Positions 9,126 to 19,189 of a stretch of 64,000 bases of DNA are shown one piece after another. The stretch is from NCBI GenBank assembly GCA_030603385.1, contig JAUVXW010000018.1, forward strand, positions 1 to 64,000. Direction: 5' to 3'. The notes under the pieces were generated by a model. The model made no database searches. It was given only the letters and a program-made list of their open reading frames with translations, and was not told where the DNA came from. A program made the translations under genes and the position numbers. Each line of letters begins with the position of its first letter. Position 1 is the stretch's first letter. The stretch comes from Promethearchaeota archaeon. Its GTDB lineage: Archaea; Asgardarchaeota; Lokiarchaeia; Sigyniarchaeales; SOKP01.

Positions 9126-10976
9126 TTAACCTGTTCTTTTAAATAGTTTATCTAATTCATTGTATGACAGGAACCTTAAAGTAGGCCTTCCATGAGCACA
9201 ATGATAAGAATCTTTACAGGCTGCTAAATCTATAAGTAGATTTCGTATGTCATTTAAGGATAAATCATCTCCTCCTCTAATAGATTTATGACAAGCTAGA
9301 TAGTTAATAATTTCTTCTTTTACTTCTTTGAAGCTTTTATCCTTTCCTATTTCAGTAATATCACTAATAATTTCTTTAATAATATTAATATCAGGAAGTT
9401 TATTCATTATTGTAGGGATTTCTCTCAAAATAAAAGTATTTCCCCCGAAATGTTCAAAATCGAACCCAATCTTCTTAACTTCGTTTAAATTATCTTCTAA
9501 AAATATCTTATCACTAGGCGAAACATCAATTTTTAGGGGTTGGATTAATTTCTGTTTACTTACTTTGGCATTATCATACGCATTCAGAAGGTTTTCTTTT
9601 TTTATCCTTTCTGATGCTGCATGTTGATCTAAAATAAAGATTCCCTCTTCATTATTTTCATTAACTCCTTCTAAAACAATGTATATTTTATTTTGTAATT
9701 GGCCTGTATAAGAAATTAAACGAATTTTTGGAAAATCATTCGAAGTTATGTATTTTCCTCTAATATAAGAGTCAGGTAAAGATTTTTTTCCGAATTTTTT
9801 TTCAACTACTTGATCCATTAGATCTAATTGGACGCCGTCTACAATTACTTCTTTTTCGTCTTCTAATATCTCCTGTATCTCTTCTAAGGATTCTTCGATA
9901 TCACCTAATTCTCTTTCATTTTTTGGAATGAAACCATCTAATTCAGTAGAGATATATTTTGCTTCTTTATCTATAAATTTTTCTTCAATAAAACCTCGTA
10001 TTATGTTGTATACCTTATTGTATAATGCCTCTTCTTTTTCAAATCTAACATGGAGTTTTTTTGGATGAACATTAAAATCTAAAACCATTGGGTCAAGTTC
10101 CAGAAATAATACAAAAAAAGGGTATTTATTTATCATCAGAGTTCCTTCATAAGCTTCCTTTATTGCTCTAAATAAGACATCACTAATAACATAACGATTA
10201 TTAATGAATAAGCTTGAATAATTTCTACTTTTTTTAGCAATTTGTGGATGTCCTAATAATCCATACATTTTTATAAAAGGATCTTTTTCAATATACTCTA
10301 CTGATTCCATAAATTTAGCGATTTTTCTTCCATAAATATGAAATACTGTCGTTTTTACATCATTATTAACAGGACAGTTTAAAATATCTAAATCATTATG
10401 ACGATAAATGAAATGGAGTTTAGGGAATGCCAACGAGTATCTTTGCATGAAGTCTGTAATATGGCTAAGTTCTGTAGAATCTTTCTTTAAGAATTTCTGC
10501 CTTGCAGGGATATTATAAAAAATTTTTTTAACCTTGATATTTGTTCCTACTTGGCATGAAACTTCTTTTTTACTTATAACTTTTCCTCCTTCTATATTTA
10601 ATTGCACACCCCTTTCATTCTGGCTAGTTCTTGAAATAATCTCAACTTGACTTACGGCAGCAATACTCGCAAGTGCCTCACCTCGAAATCCTAAAGTAGA
10701 AAGGGTATCAAGATCTTCAATACTCCTAATTTTACTACTGGTATGTCTTTCAAATGCAACTTCTATATCTTCAGGTGAAATACCTAAGCCATCATCAATT
10801 ACTTGTATTAAAGTTTTACCTGCTTTTCTGACAATCACTCTTATTTCTTTTGCTCCAGCATCAATACTATTTTCAATAAGCTCTTTCACAATATTAGCAG
10901 GCCTTTCAACCACTTCCCCTGCGGCTATTTTTTCAGCATCCAATATCTTTCTTATTTTCGCATATTTCACAATCAT
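9126..10976 (-). CDS. mutL: DNA mismatch repair endonuclease MutL
   Basis: KIAAGEVVERPANIVKELIENSIDA, GFRGEALASI, DFNVHPKK, DQHAASER, CAHGRP; ATG 10976 preferred over TTG 11003. Confidence 0.96.
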   Translation of the reverse strand: MIVKYAKIRKILDAEKIAAGEVVERPANIVKELIENSIDAGAKEIRVIVRKAGKTLIQVIDDGLGISPEDIEVAFERHTSSKIRSIEDLDTLSTLGFRGEALASIAAVSQVEIISRTSQNERGVQLNIEGGKVISKKEVSCQVGTNIKVKKIFYNIPARQKFLKKDSTELSHITDFMQRYSLAFPKLHFIYRHNDLDILNCPVNNDVKTTVFHIYGRKIAKFMESVEYIEKDPFIKMYGLLGHPQIAKKSRNYSSLFINNRYVISDVLFRAIKEAYEGTLMINKYPFFVLFLELDPMVLDFNVHPKKLHVRFEKEEALYNKVYNIIRGFIEEKFIDKEAKYISTELDGFIPKNERELGDIEESLEEIQEILEDEKEVIVDGVQLDLMDQVVEKKFGKKSLPDSYIRGKYITSNDFPKIRLISYTGQLQNKIYIVLEGVNENNEEGIFILDQHAASERIKKENLLNAYDNAKVSKQKLIQPLKIDVSPSDKIFLEDNLNEVKKIGFDFEHFGGNTFILREIPTIMNKLPDINIIKEIISDITEIGKDKSFKEVKEEIINYLACHKSIRGGDDLSLNDIRNLLIDLAACKDSYHCAHGRPTLRFLSYNELDKLFKRTG

Positions 10977-11178
10977 ATCAAAGTTTCTACAATTTTTCTT
11001 CAAGGAATTTATAATTCTTTAAACCTATTATATTTCACATTACAATCAAATTTAAAATAATACTCTATTAAGGTTTAAATAAATCTTACTCAAAAGCCTA
11101 TAAGTAAGTCTTTTAAATTTCCTTTAATATATAAAAGTAATTTACATAGGAACAAAAACGGGAAATTAATAATTAGTT

Positions 11179-12090
11179 ATGAGTAATGAGAAAGAATATC
11201 CAATTCACAAGTATTTCATTTTCATTTTTGTAGCAATCACAATTTCTTTTATTATTTTGAGGGTAATCTTATATTTCTTTGAAATTTCACCTTGGATAGA
11301 AGAAACAAAAGATGTTGATTTTAAAATCTTATTAGAGGGCATGGAAAACGGTCTAATTGATTTCTATGACCCTATAACCACATCCGATTGGCCTCCGTAT
11401 TATCTTTATTTTTGGTATTATTTATTTTTCTATATATTCATTATTCCTACAGAGGGTTTAATAGGTGTGTATGTTTGGGATGTGTTAAGATTGATTTTAA
11501 TAATTTTAGTAATAAAAGAATCGCCTAAAGTGTTTAAAAATAAAAAAGATTTGCTCATTTTTTATATATTCGGTACAGTCGGCTATAGTATCGATGCCTA
11601 TTATAATAATGTAAATTTCCTAATTGTATTCCTTTTGTTTTATTCATTTGTATATTTAGAAAAAGACAAAAAATGGATTGCTGGTATTCTCTTTACTCTT
11701 GCGTCTTTTAAAATAACTGCGATTTTATTTGTTCCTGTTTTATTGATAGCTAGAAAAATTAAATTTAAGGATCTCATCTACTATTTAATCCCTTTTGCAA
11801 TTATATGCATTCCATATATGATTTTTCCTGATTACTTCTTTCAAATGGTAACAAATTGGGGTCACAGTGATGCTGAAATTCAGGGAATTTTAATTATTGA
11901 TTCAATTATTTGGAAAGCTTTACAACCTTCTCATTTAATGTTTATAGCTCTATTATTGATAATCTTTTTAGAAAATATTAAAACCGAAGAGATGAAGAAC
12001 CTTTACCGGATAATTCTAGTTTCAATAATAACGCTATATTATATTTATCTGACTACGGTCGTTTTTATCCTTCCTGTCGTTTTAGGTTAG
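11179..12090 (+). CDS. Multi-pass membrane protein, probable GT-C glycosyltransferase (GT87/DUF2029-like)
   Basis: Many TM helices; DVDF, PPYYL, YYNNVN, AGILFTLASFKI motifs. Confidence 0.7.
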   Translation: MSNEKEYPIHKYFIFIFVAITISFIILRVILYFFEISPWIEETKDVDFKILLEGMENGLIDFYDPITTSDWPPYYLYFWYYLFFYIFIIPTEGLIGVYVWDVLRLILIILVIKESPKVFKNKKDLLIFYIFGTVGYSIDAYYNNVNFLIVFLLFYSFVYLEKDKKWIAGILFTLASFKITAILFVPVLLIARKIKFKDLIYYLIPFAIICIPYMIFPDYFFQMVTNWGHSDAEIQGILIIDSIIWKALQPSHLMFIALLLIIFLENIKTEEMKNLYRIILVSIITLYYIYLTTVVFILPVVLG

Positions 12091-12209
12091 ATATATTTCT
12101 CTACTTTCTTTTTGAGTTCAATTATTTTCTCTTTTAAATTATCAGGCGGTAGGCTATCTATATCTAATTCTTTAAGATTATTTTCCAAATTGAATAGGTT
12201 CTCATTCAT
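12087..12209 (-). other. Out-of-frame 40-aa MutS C-terminal oligomerisation tail
   Basis: MNENLFNLENNLKELDIDSLPPDNLKEKIIELKKKVEKYI*; its ATG overlaps the mutS TGA (ATGA). Confidence 0.7.
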
Positions 12210-14968
12210 TTTTCTTTCTTTATAGAAGGTTCAAATAAACTTGTTTGCACATATTTTTTCTTAGCTGAAGCTTTACTTTGAGAAGCTTTTGCTTCATTTG
12301 CTTTAATTTTAGTATCTAATTCCTTCATCTCATTTTTCTTTCTGGCTAGCTCTTTTCCTTTTCTTGTTAATTCCTCATCTGAAATTTCTAATTTCTCTTT
12401 GATCAAATTTAATTCCGAGTTTAATTTTTCAAGTTCATGTTTTTTGCCATTAATAACTTTATCATAATATTTACCTGAGGAAACTTTATTGCCATTTTCT
12501 CTAACTGTCGTTCTGAAAGGATCCTTTTCTTCTATTTGTTCAAGAAGCTCAAATGCCCTTATAATAACATCATCAGGAATCCCTGCTAATTTTGCTACAT
12601 GAATTCCATAGGATTTATCAGTACTGCCAAGTTTTAATTCTCTAACAAAATTAATACTACCATCATCATTCTCAATTATATCTAAATGATAATTTTTTAC
12701 TCTTGGTAAGTTTATTTCTGTTAATTGATGATAATGAGTGCTAAAAAGAGTTTTAATATTTAATTGATTAAGTTTTTCAAGAGTAGCCATTGCGATACTC
12801 TGCCCATCACTTGTACTAGTTCCTCTACCCAGTTCATCGATAATTATCAGGCTTTTTGGCGTGGCATAATTTAAAATTTTAGCTGTCTCAGTCATCTCAA
12901 TCATAAATGTACTTAATTTTCTCGCTAGATCGTCTGAAGCTCCGATACGTGTAAAAATTTGATCGATTATTCCAATCGTGGCAGATTTTGCAGGAACAAA
13001 GCACCCCATTTGCGCAATTATACAAATTAAGGCCACTTGTCTGAGATAAGTACTTTTACCCGCCATATTGGGGCCTGTAATAATTAATAATTGATTAGTT
13101 TCATTATCTAAGAGACAATCGTTGGGAATGAATTTTTCAGTGATATTCAATTGTTCGACAACGGGATGTCTTCCCTCCTTAATAATAATTTTTGAATCAT
13201 TATTAACAATTGGTCTGCAATAATCATATTTCTCAGCAATTTCAGCAAAACAAGCTAGAACATCTATTACCGCAATATTTCTAGCTGTTTCAAGGATATT
13301 TTCTGTTTCTTTCTCTACCTTACCACGTATCTCATTAAAGATCTCAAATTCTAAATTACCAATTTGTTCTTCAGCATTCACGATTTTTTCTTCTAATGTT
13401 TTCAAAATCTCCGTTGTAAATCTTTTTGCATTTTTTAAGGTTGCTCTTTCTACATAATCCTCAGGCACTTTGGAGATTATTTGTAAAGTTCTCAATGTTA
13501 TTTCAATATAATATCCAAGAATATTGTTAAAACCCACTTTGAACCCTGAAGTCAAATTCCACCTTTTTCTCTGCTCTTCTTCATATTTTAAGACATATTT
13601 TTTTCCATTATTAAGGATATCTCTCAGCTTATCAACGTCCTCATTAAAGCCATCTTTGACAATATTACCTTCTCTAATCGTGGTTGGGGGGTTTTCTTTG
13701 ATTGTATTTTCAATAAGATCTTTAACTTTATTAAAAGGTTTAATGTTCTCCATGAATTGTGAAATTTCAGGTATATCTGCTTTTACTAAAATTTCCTTAA
13801 TTTTTGGGATTTTTTCTAATGAGTGCTTAATATTAATTAAATCGCGTGCATTAGTTCGTCCAGAATAATTTAGTTTATTAATAATTCTTTCAAGATCACC
13901 TAATAATTTTAATTCTTCCCTTAAATCAGATCTCAGAAAGATATCATCCTTAAATTTCTGAACTATTTTTAGTCTGTCGTTAATTTGGTTAATGTCAGTT
14001 AACGGTTGCAAAATGAATTTTCTCAACAACCTTGCTCCCATAGGTGTATGAGTGTGGCTGAATACACTATATAAGGTAAAATCTTTACCTTTTTCCCATA
14101 AGGAATGAATTAACTCTAAATTTCTCTGGGTTATATAATCTAAATGTAAAATATTTTTCTCTTGAATTACATTAATCTTAAATATGTTTGGTACAATATC
14201 TCTCTGGGTTTCCTTTAAAAAAGCTAAAAGTCCACCCGCAGCCTGAATTGCCAACTTTTTTCCTTCTAATCCAAAACCTTCTAAATTAGAAACTTTGAAA
14301 TGGCGTGTTAAAAGAGTATATGCTTCATCATAATTAAAAACATATTCTTCATATGTTTTTATAATTGCATCTGTTAAATCAGTTAATATGAGGAAAAATC
14401 TTTCATCTTGTTTGAGTTCTTGAGGAATAATTAATTCAGCAGGATCATATTGGGAAAAGATGCTGAGTAATCTCTCTTGAGGATTTTCCTCTTTAGTAGA
14501 AAACTCAACAGTCGCAAATTCTCCAGTCGAAATGTCTGTAAACGCAACAGCAAAACCTGTTCTTTCTTTAATCATCGATGCCAGATAATTATTTCTATTT
14601 GCGTTTAACATATTAGGTTCGATAATAGTTCCTGGAGATAAGATTCGAGTAATTCCCCTCTTTACAATCCGACCTTTTACTGTTGCTGGATCTTCTAACT
14701 GATCAACTATTACTACAGTTTGATTAAGATTTATAAGATTATTAAAATAGTTATGACCTGAATGGTGTGGGATTCCAGCCAATGGTACATCTCCTCTTTT
14801 TGTCAATGTGATCCCTAAAAGTTTTGAAATTCTTTCAGCATCATCATAGAAAAACTCGAAGAAATCACCCATTCGATAGGAAATTAGGTAATCTGAAGGA
14901 AATCGTTTACGAATAGAGTACCAATGCTTTAACATAGGAGTTAGTTTCTTTTCGTTTATTTCCTTCAT
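12206..14968 (-). CDS. mutS: DNA mismatch repair protein MutS (MutS1 type)
   Basis: TPMLKHW, RMGDFFEFF, TGPNMAGKSTYLRQ, STFMIEM, DELGRGT, STHYH, SYGIHVAKLAG. Confidence 0.96.
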   Translation of the reverse strand: MKEINEKKLTPMLKHWYSIRKRFPSDYLISYRMGDFFEFFYDDAERISKLLGITLTKRGDVPLAGIPHHSGHNYFNNLINLNQTVVIVDQLEDPATVKGRIVKRGITRILSPGTIIEPNMLNANRNNYLASMIKERTGFAVAFTDISTGEFATVEFSTKEENPQERLLSIFSQYDPAELIIPQELKQDERFFLILTDLTDAIIKTYEEYVFNYDEAYTLLTRHFKVSNLEGFGLEGKKLAIQAAGGLLAFLKETQRDIVPNIFKINVIQEKNILHLDYITQRNLELIHSLWEKGKDFTLYSVFSHTHTPMGARLLRKFILQPLTDINQINDRLKIVQKFKDDIFLRSDLREELKLLGDLERIINKLNYSGRTNARDLINIKHSLEKIPKIKEILVKADIPEISQFMENIKPFNKVKDLIENTIKENPPTTIREGNIVKDGFNEDVDKLRDILNNGKKYVLKYEEEQRKRWNLTSGFKVGFNNILGYYIEITLRTLQIISKVPEDYVERATLKNAKRFTTEILKTLEEKIVNAEEQIGNLEFEIFNEIRGKVEKETENILETARNIAVIDVLACFAEIAEKYDYCRPIVNNDSKIIIKEGRHPVVEQLNITEKFIPNDCLLDNETNQLLIITGPNMAGKSTYLRQVALICIIAQMGCFVPAKSATIGIIDQIFTRIGASDDLARKLSTFMIEMTETAKILNYATPKSLIIIDELGRGTSTSDGQSIAMATLEKLNQLNIKTLFSTHYHQLTEINLPRVKNYHLDIIENDDGSINFVRELKLGSTDKSYGIHVAKLAGIPDDVIIRAFELLEQIEEKDPFRTTVRENGNKVSSGKYYDKVINGKKHELEKLNSELNLIKEKLEISDEELTRKGKELARKKNEMKELDTKIKANEAKASQSKASAKKKYVQTSLFEPSIKKEK

Positions 14969-15280
14969 AATTAGCTCATTTAAGAGTTAGGCGATATTAT
15001 TACTACATATAATCCATTATAACAGTAATTTTATATTAACTGTATTTGTTAAAATTTTAATAACAATAACAAATAAGATAATTAGGTTTTTTATTATTCC
15101 TCAGACTCTTCCAAAATATCATGAAACAATAATATAAATTTGATACTCAAATCCAAGGATAAATTCACTCAACATATTTATATCCTAATTTTTCTTGTAG
15201 TTTTCGTTAAGAAACGTAAAATAAATAAATATTTTCCTCTTAAGATAAAATAATTTTAGAATTCATATTGATGATTTTTT

Positions 15281-16360
15281 ATGCCAGAAAAAATTAATTT
15301 AGCTATTGTTGGTATAGGTAATGCCGCATCTGCTTTAATCCAAGGTATTGAATATTATAAAGACGGTTCAAACGATAGTGGATTACTCCGTCCAACTCTT
15401 GCGGGATACCATGTCTCTGATATTGAAATTGTTGCTGCTGTAGATATTTCAGAAAAAAAAGTAGGGAAAAACGTTACCGAAGCGATTTATGAAAATGAAT
15501 TAGATATTTTGGTTGATTTTCAAAATGAAGTTAAAATTCCTGTTGTAATGGGAAACATATTAGATGGTGTTATTGTTGAGACTGAAAGAAGTATCAATCC
15601 AGCAAATGTCGCGTCTAAGGATATTGCAGAATATTTTAGATCAACTAGAGCAGAAATAGTTTTATGTTTATTACCTTCTGGGGCAGATAATGCGGTCAAA
15701 TTCTATGCAAATGAAACTATTAAGGCTAAATGTGCTTTTATTAATGCTACTCCTACAAAAATTGCAACTGATAAGGAATTTGCTAAAAAATTTGATGATA
15801 GTGGTTTACCGTTAATTGGAGATGACTTACAAGACCAGTTTGGTGCAACAATTTTGCATAAAATGATCATTCAACAGATGTTAGATAGAGGAATTGATAT
15901 AAAAGAAAGTTATGCCCTCGATGTAGGTGGTGGTGCTGAAAGCTTAAATACAATTTATCGAGCACGAGAGATTAAACGAGAAATCAAGAGCATGTCTGTG
16001 ACAGGTGCATTAAATATAGATGTCCCAATTGTTGCAGGTACTTCTGATTGGGTGGAATTTCTTAATAATAAAAGGAATTCCATGCTCTGGATTGTAGGGA
16101 AAGGATTTTTAGGTTCTGATATCATAATGGATATTAAGATTCAAACTGAAGATGGGCCTAATGGTGGTTCAGTATTAGCTGATGTGATTCGAGCTACTAA
16201 AGTGGCTATAAATCAAGGTGCTAAAGGTTCTATAGATGAAATTTCTGCATATGGATTCAAAAATCCACCAAGATCTATGAAAAATCCAGCAGAAGCTAAT
16301 AAAAACTTAGCTAACTTTATTTTAGGAATAAATAGGAGGAATAAAATCCATGAAAGATAA
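15281..16360 (+). CDS. myo-inositol-1-phosphate synthase-like protein (divergent paralog)
   Basis: GIGNAASALIQGIEYY, LLPSGA, GDDLQDQFGATILH, EDGPN; several active-site residues changed. Confidence 0.82.
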   Translation: MPEKINLAIVGIGNAASALIQGIEYYKDGSNDSGLLRPTLAGYHVSDIEIVAAVDISEKKVGKNVTEAIYENELDILVDFQNEVKIPVVMGNILDGVIVETERSINPANVASKDIAEYFRSTRAEIVLCLLPSGADNAVKFYANETIKAKCAFINATPTKIATDKEFAKKFDDSGLPLIGDDLQDQFGATILHKMIIQQMLDRGIDIKESYALDVGGGAESLNTIYRAREIKREIKSMSVTGALNIDVPIVAGTSDWVEFLNNKRNSMLWIVGKGFLGSDIIMDIKIQTEDGPNGGSVLADVIRATKVAINQGAKGSIDEISAYGFKNPPRSMKNPAEANKNLANFILGINRRNKIHER

Positions 16361-17495
16361 TTCTGGAAAAAAAGAAATTCGAGTTGCTTTAGCGGGGCTT
16401 GGAAATTGTGCATCTGCCTTAATTCAAGGTATTGAATACTACAAGAATGTCAAGGAAGAAGATCTATACATTAACGGTATAATGAATCCAAGTATAGGTG
16501 GATATCTACCTCGCCATATTAAGGTAGTTGTTGCTTTTGATGTAGCTACAACAAAAATAAATAAAGATATTTCAGAAGCAATATATGCTGAGCCCAATTG
16601 CTGCCAAATGATTATAAAACCAGATGAAATGCCTAAAACTGACGCTTTATGTTTTCCTGGTCCTATTTCAGATGGATGTTATGAAAGTAAAGATGGTCGT
16701 ATATCCACTTTCGATTACTTTAAGGCTTATGATGAGAGCAAAGTAAAACCTGTTAATATCGCTCAGACATTAAAAGACAAGGGGGCAGAAATTTTAATTA
16801 ATCTTTTACCTGTTGGAAGCCATAAAGCCTCTAGAATCTATGCTCAAGCGGCTATTGATGCAGATTGTGGATTTATAAATGGCATACCTGAGTTTATTGT
16901 TTCTGAGCATATCGAAGGTGATCAAGACTGGGTTGCTGAATTTGAATCAAAGGGATTGCCTTGTGCTGGAGATGATATCAAGTCCCAAGTAGGGGCTACT
17001 CTAACACATAGAGTTTTAGCCAAGATGTTTCTAGATAGAGGAGTAGTTATTAATGATACATATCAATTAAATATAGGGGGAAATGGTGATTTTTATAATA
17101 TGAAATTCGAAAATCGTTTAAGAACAAAGCGAAAATCTAAAACTTCTGCAGTCGCTTCGGTTCTCCCATATCCCATTAATTGTCGAATTGGGCCAAGTGA
17201 TTATGTTCCTTTCCTTGAAGATAAAAAGGTTTGTTATATAAGGATAAATGGGACTACTTATGGTAATTTACCATTAGTCATGGATGTAAAACTTCGGGTT
17301 GAGGACTCCCCAAATTCTGCTGGAGTTTTATTAGATATAATTCGGGTCATGAAACTTGCATTAGATCGAGGAATTTCCGGACGATTAGAAAGTATTAGCT
17401 CATTTAGTTTTAAACACCCTCATCTTCAACCACCTTCAGACGTAATTGCTAAACAATGGGTTGCTGAATTTATCGAAGGCAAACGTGGGAGATAA
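16350..17495 (+). CDS. ino1: myo-inositol-1-phosphate synthase
   Basis: GLGNCASALIQG, GDDIKSQVGATLTHR, YQLNIGGNGDF, SKT, GPSDYVPFLEDKK, EDSPNSAG. Confidence 0.94.
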   Translation: MKDNSGKKEIRVALAGLGNCASALIQGIEYYKNVKEEDLYINGIMNPSIGGYLPRHIKVVVAFDVATTKINKDISEAIYAEPNCCQMIIKPDEMPKTDALCFPGPISDGCYESKDGRISTFDYFKAYDESKVKPVNIAQTLKDKGAEILINLLPVGSHKASRIYAQAAIDADCGFINGIPEFIVSEHIEGDQDWVAEFESKGLPCAGDDIKSQVGATLTHRVLAKMFLDRGVVINDTYQLNIGGNGDFYNMKFENRLRTKRKSKTSAVASVLPYPINCRIGPSDYVPFLEDKKVCYIRINGTTYGNLPLVMDVKLRVEDSPNSAGVLLDIIRVMKLALDRGISGRLESISSFSFKHPHLQPPSDVIAKQWVAEFIEGKRGR

Positions 17496-17521
17496 GCCTA
17501 ACATTCTTAAAGGAGAAAAGT

Positions 17522-18370
17522 TTATTTCAGATGCTTTTCTAGCCACACGTACATATCTTGATATACTTGAGCTCTTCCTTTTTCATTCCATAGCTCATGA
17601 AGAAATCCTGCGTATTCTTTGTAGGTTTTATCTTTGCTCCTAACTTTATTGAAGAATTCTTCTGCTTTTTTCGTATCAACTATTTTATCATTGCCAGCTT
17701 GCATTATTAACACAGGACAAATTAAATTAGAGGCATTTTCCATGGCCCATTTTGTATATTTATCAATTTCAGAAGCAGATTTAGCCGAAATAACATCAAT
17801 TTTATGTTTATCAGCAATATGACTTCTTAATATTTTTAAATCGCTTGTTAATTGATTTTGATCAATTTCATTATTTAAAATCTTATTAGGTGATAATTTT
17901 GATATGGTGTTTGATATTGATTTGATAACTTTTTTACCTATTGATAATTTCATAAACATTCCTAATAATGGTGAAGAAATCAGTACTCCTGGTAATGCAG
18001 GGTGATTAATGGCAAAAATCAAGCTGATTAAACCTCCAAAAGAATGGCCCATTAAAAAGATTTTCTTATCTTTTGCAACCTCACGGACTGTATCCATAAA
18101 TAAAACGATATCTTTTTGGATATGGTCCATACTATCAATGTGTCCAGGAATCTCACCAGTATTTCTATAATGTCCTCTAAAATCATATGCATAGACAGCA
18201 TATCCTTTCTCTGTTAAATATTCAGCAGGCAGTTTCAATCTATCAGAATGAGTACCCCATCCATGAAAGGCAATTATGTAAGCTTTGATTTCCTCATCAT
18301 CAGGTAACCAATATTGATAGAATAATTTTTTTAATTCTCTTCCTTCAAAAAAACCCTCTACATTTTTCAT
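17522..18370 (-). CDS. Alpha/beta hydrolase (lysophospholipase / monoacylglycerol lipase-like)
   Basis: HGWGTH, DFRGH, GHSFGG, DKIV, HELWNE. Confidence 0.9.
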   Translation of the reverse strand: MKNVEGFFEGRELKKLFYQYWLPDDEEIKAYIIAFHGWGTHSDRLKLPAEYLTEKGYAVYAYDFRGHYRNTGEIPGHIDSMDHIQKDIVLFMDTVREVAKDKKIFLMGHSFGGLISLIFAINHPALPGVLISSPLLGMFMKLSIGKKVIKSISNTISKLSPNKILNNEIDQNQLTSDLKILRSHIADKHKIDVISAKSASEIDKYTKWAMENASNLICPVLIMQAGNDKIVDTKKAEEFFNKVRSKDKTYKEYAGFLHELWNEKGRAQVYQDMYVWLEKHLK

Positions 18371-18579
18371 TGCTTTATCACTTCAAATATTAATTAGAGA
18401 GAAGTTAGATAAATTATAATTAATAATATTAAAACTCTCTTATTATAATTGCTTTTAATTATTCTAAGATTTTGTGTTCTTTAAATAATATTACTCATAA
18501 AAGAAATTTAAAAAAATTTTATATTATTCGGTAAACTTCATAATAAATAGCAAATATTCAATTTTCTTTGGCTTTTCAT

Positions 18580-19167
18580 ATGAAAGAAACTGAAAAATTA
18601 GAAATCAGTATCCATGGAAGAGGGGGAATGGGAGTAGTTACATGTGCAGAAATAATTGCAGAAGCAGCGTATTTAAGTGGTAACTTTGCTGATGTGCATG
18701 CATACCCTTCATTTGGAGCTGAAAGAAGAGGTGCTCCTGTTCAAGCATATGCTAAGCTTTCTCGAACAGACACTATTTGGGATAGAGCTCAAATAGAAAA
18801 CCCTAATATCTTGATAATATTTGATGAAACTGTATTAAATCAAGAAATAACTTCTTCCCTTAGACAAGGGGGTATATTCATTATTAATTCAGAAAAGGAT
18901 CCTAAATTTTTTGTAGAGAAGTATAAAATAGGTAGTGAGTCAAAAATTGTTATCGCAGATATTAGTAAATTAGCAATAGAGAAAAATCTTACAATTGATG
19001 GAAATCCAGTTATCAATACGCCAATCTTAGGATTGCTTTCTAAAGCACTTCCAGATTTAAATTTAGATAATTTAAAAAAAGTTGTTATTAAACGTCTGGG
19101 CGAAAAAGTTGGCACGCTGAACTATGAATTAATAGAAAAGGGATACAATTTAGCTAAAATACTATAA
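18580..19167 (+). CDS. porC: Pyruvate/2-ketoisovalerate:ferredoxin oxidoreductase gamma subunit
   Basis: IHGRGGMGVVT, FGAERRGAPV, INTPILG. Confidence 0.92.
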   Translation: MKETEKLEISIHGRGGMGVVTCAEIIAEAAYLSGNFADVHAYPSFGAERRGAPVQAYAKLSRTDTIWDRAQIENPNILIIFDETVLNQEITSSLRQGGIFIINSEKDPKFFVEKYKIGSESKIVIADISKLAIEKNLTIDGNPVINTPILGLLSKALPDLNLDNLKKVVIKRLGEKVGTLNYELIEKGYNLAKIL

Positions 19168-19189
19168 ACTGAATTAAAAATATAATCAC

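Noticed and set aside
12180-12240. Second BHB intron at the mutS frameshift
   Set aside because: The best candidate pairing (TTCT/AGAA) lacks proper flanking stems, and its excision would not restore the tail frame.
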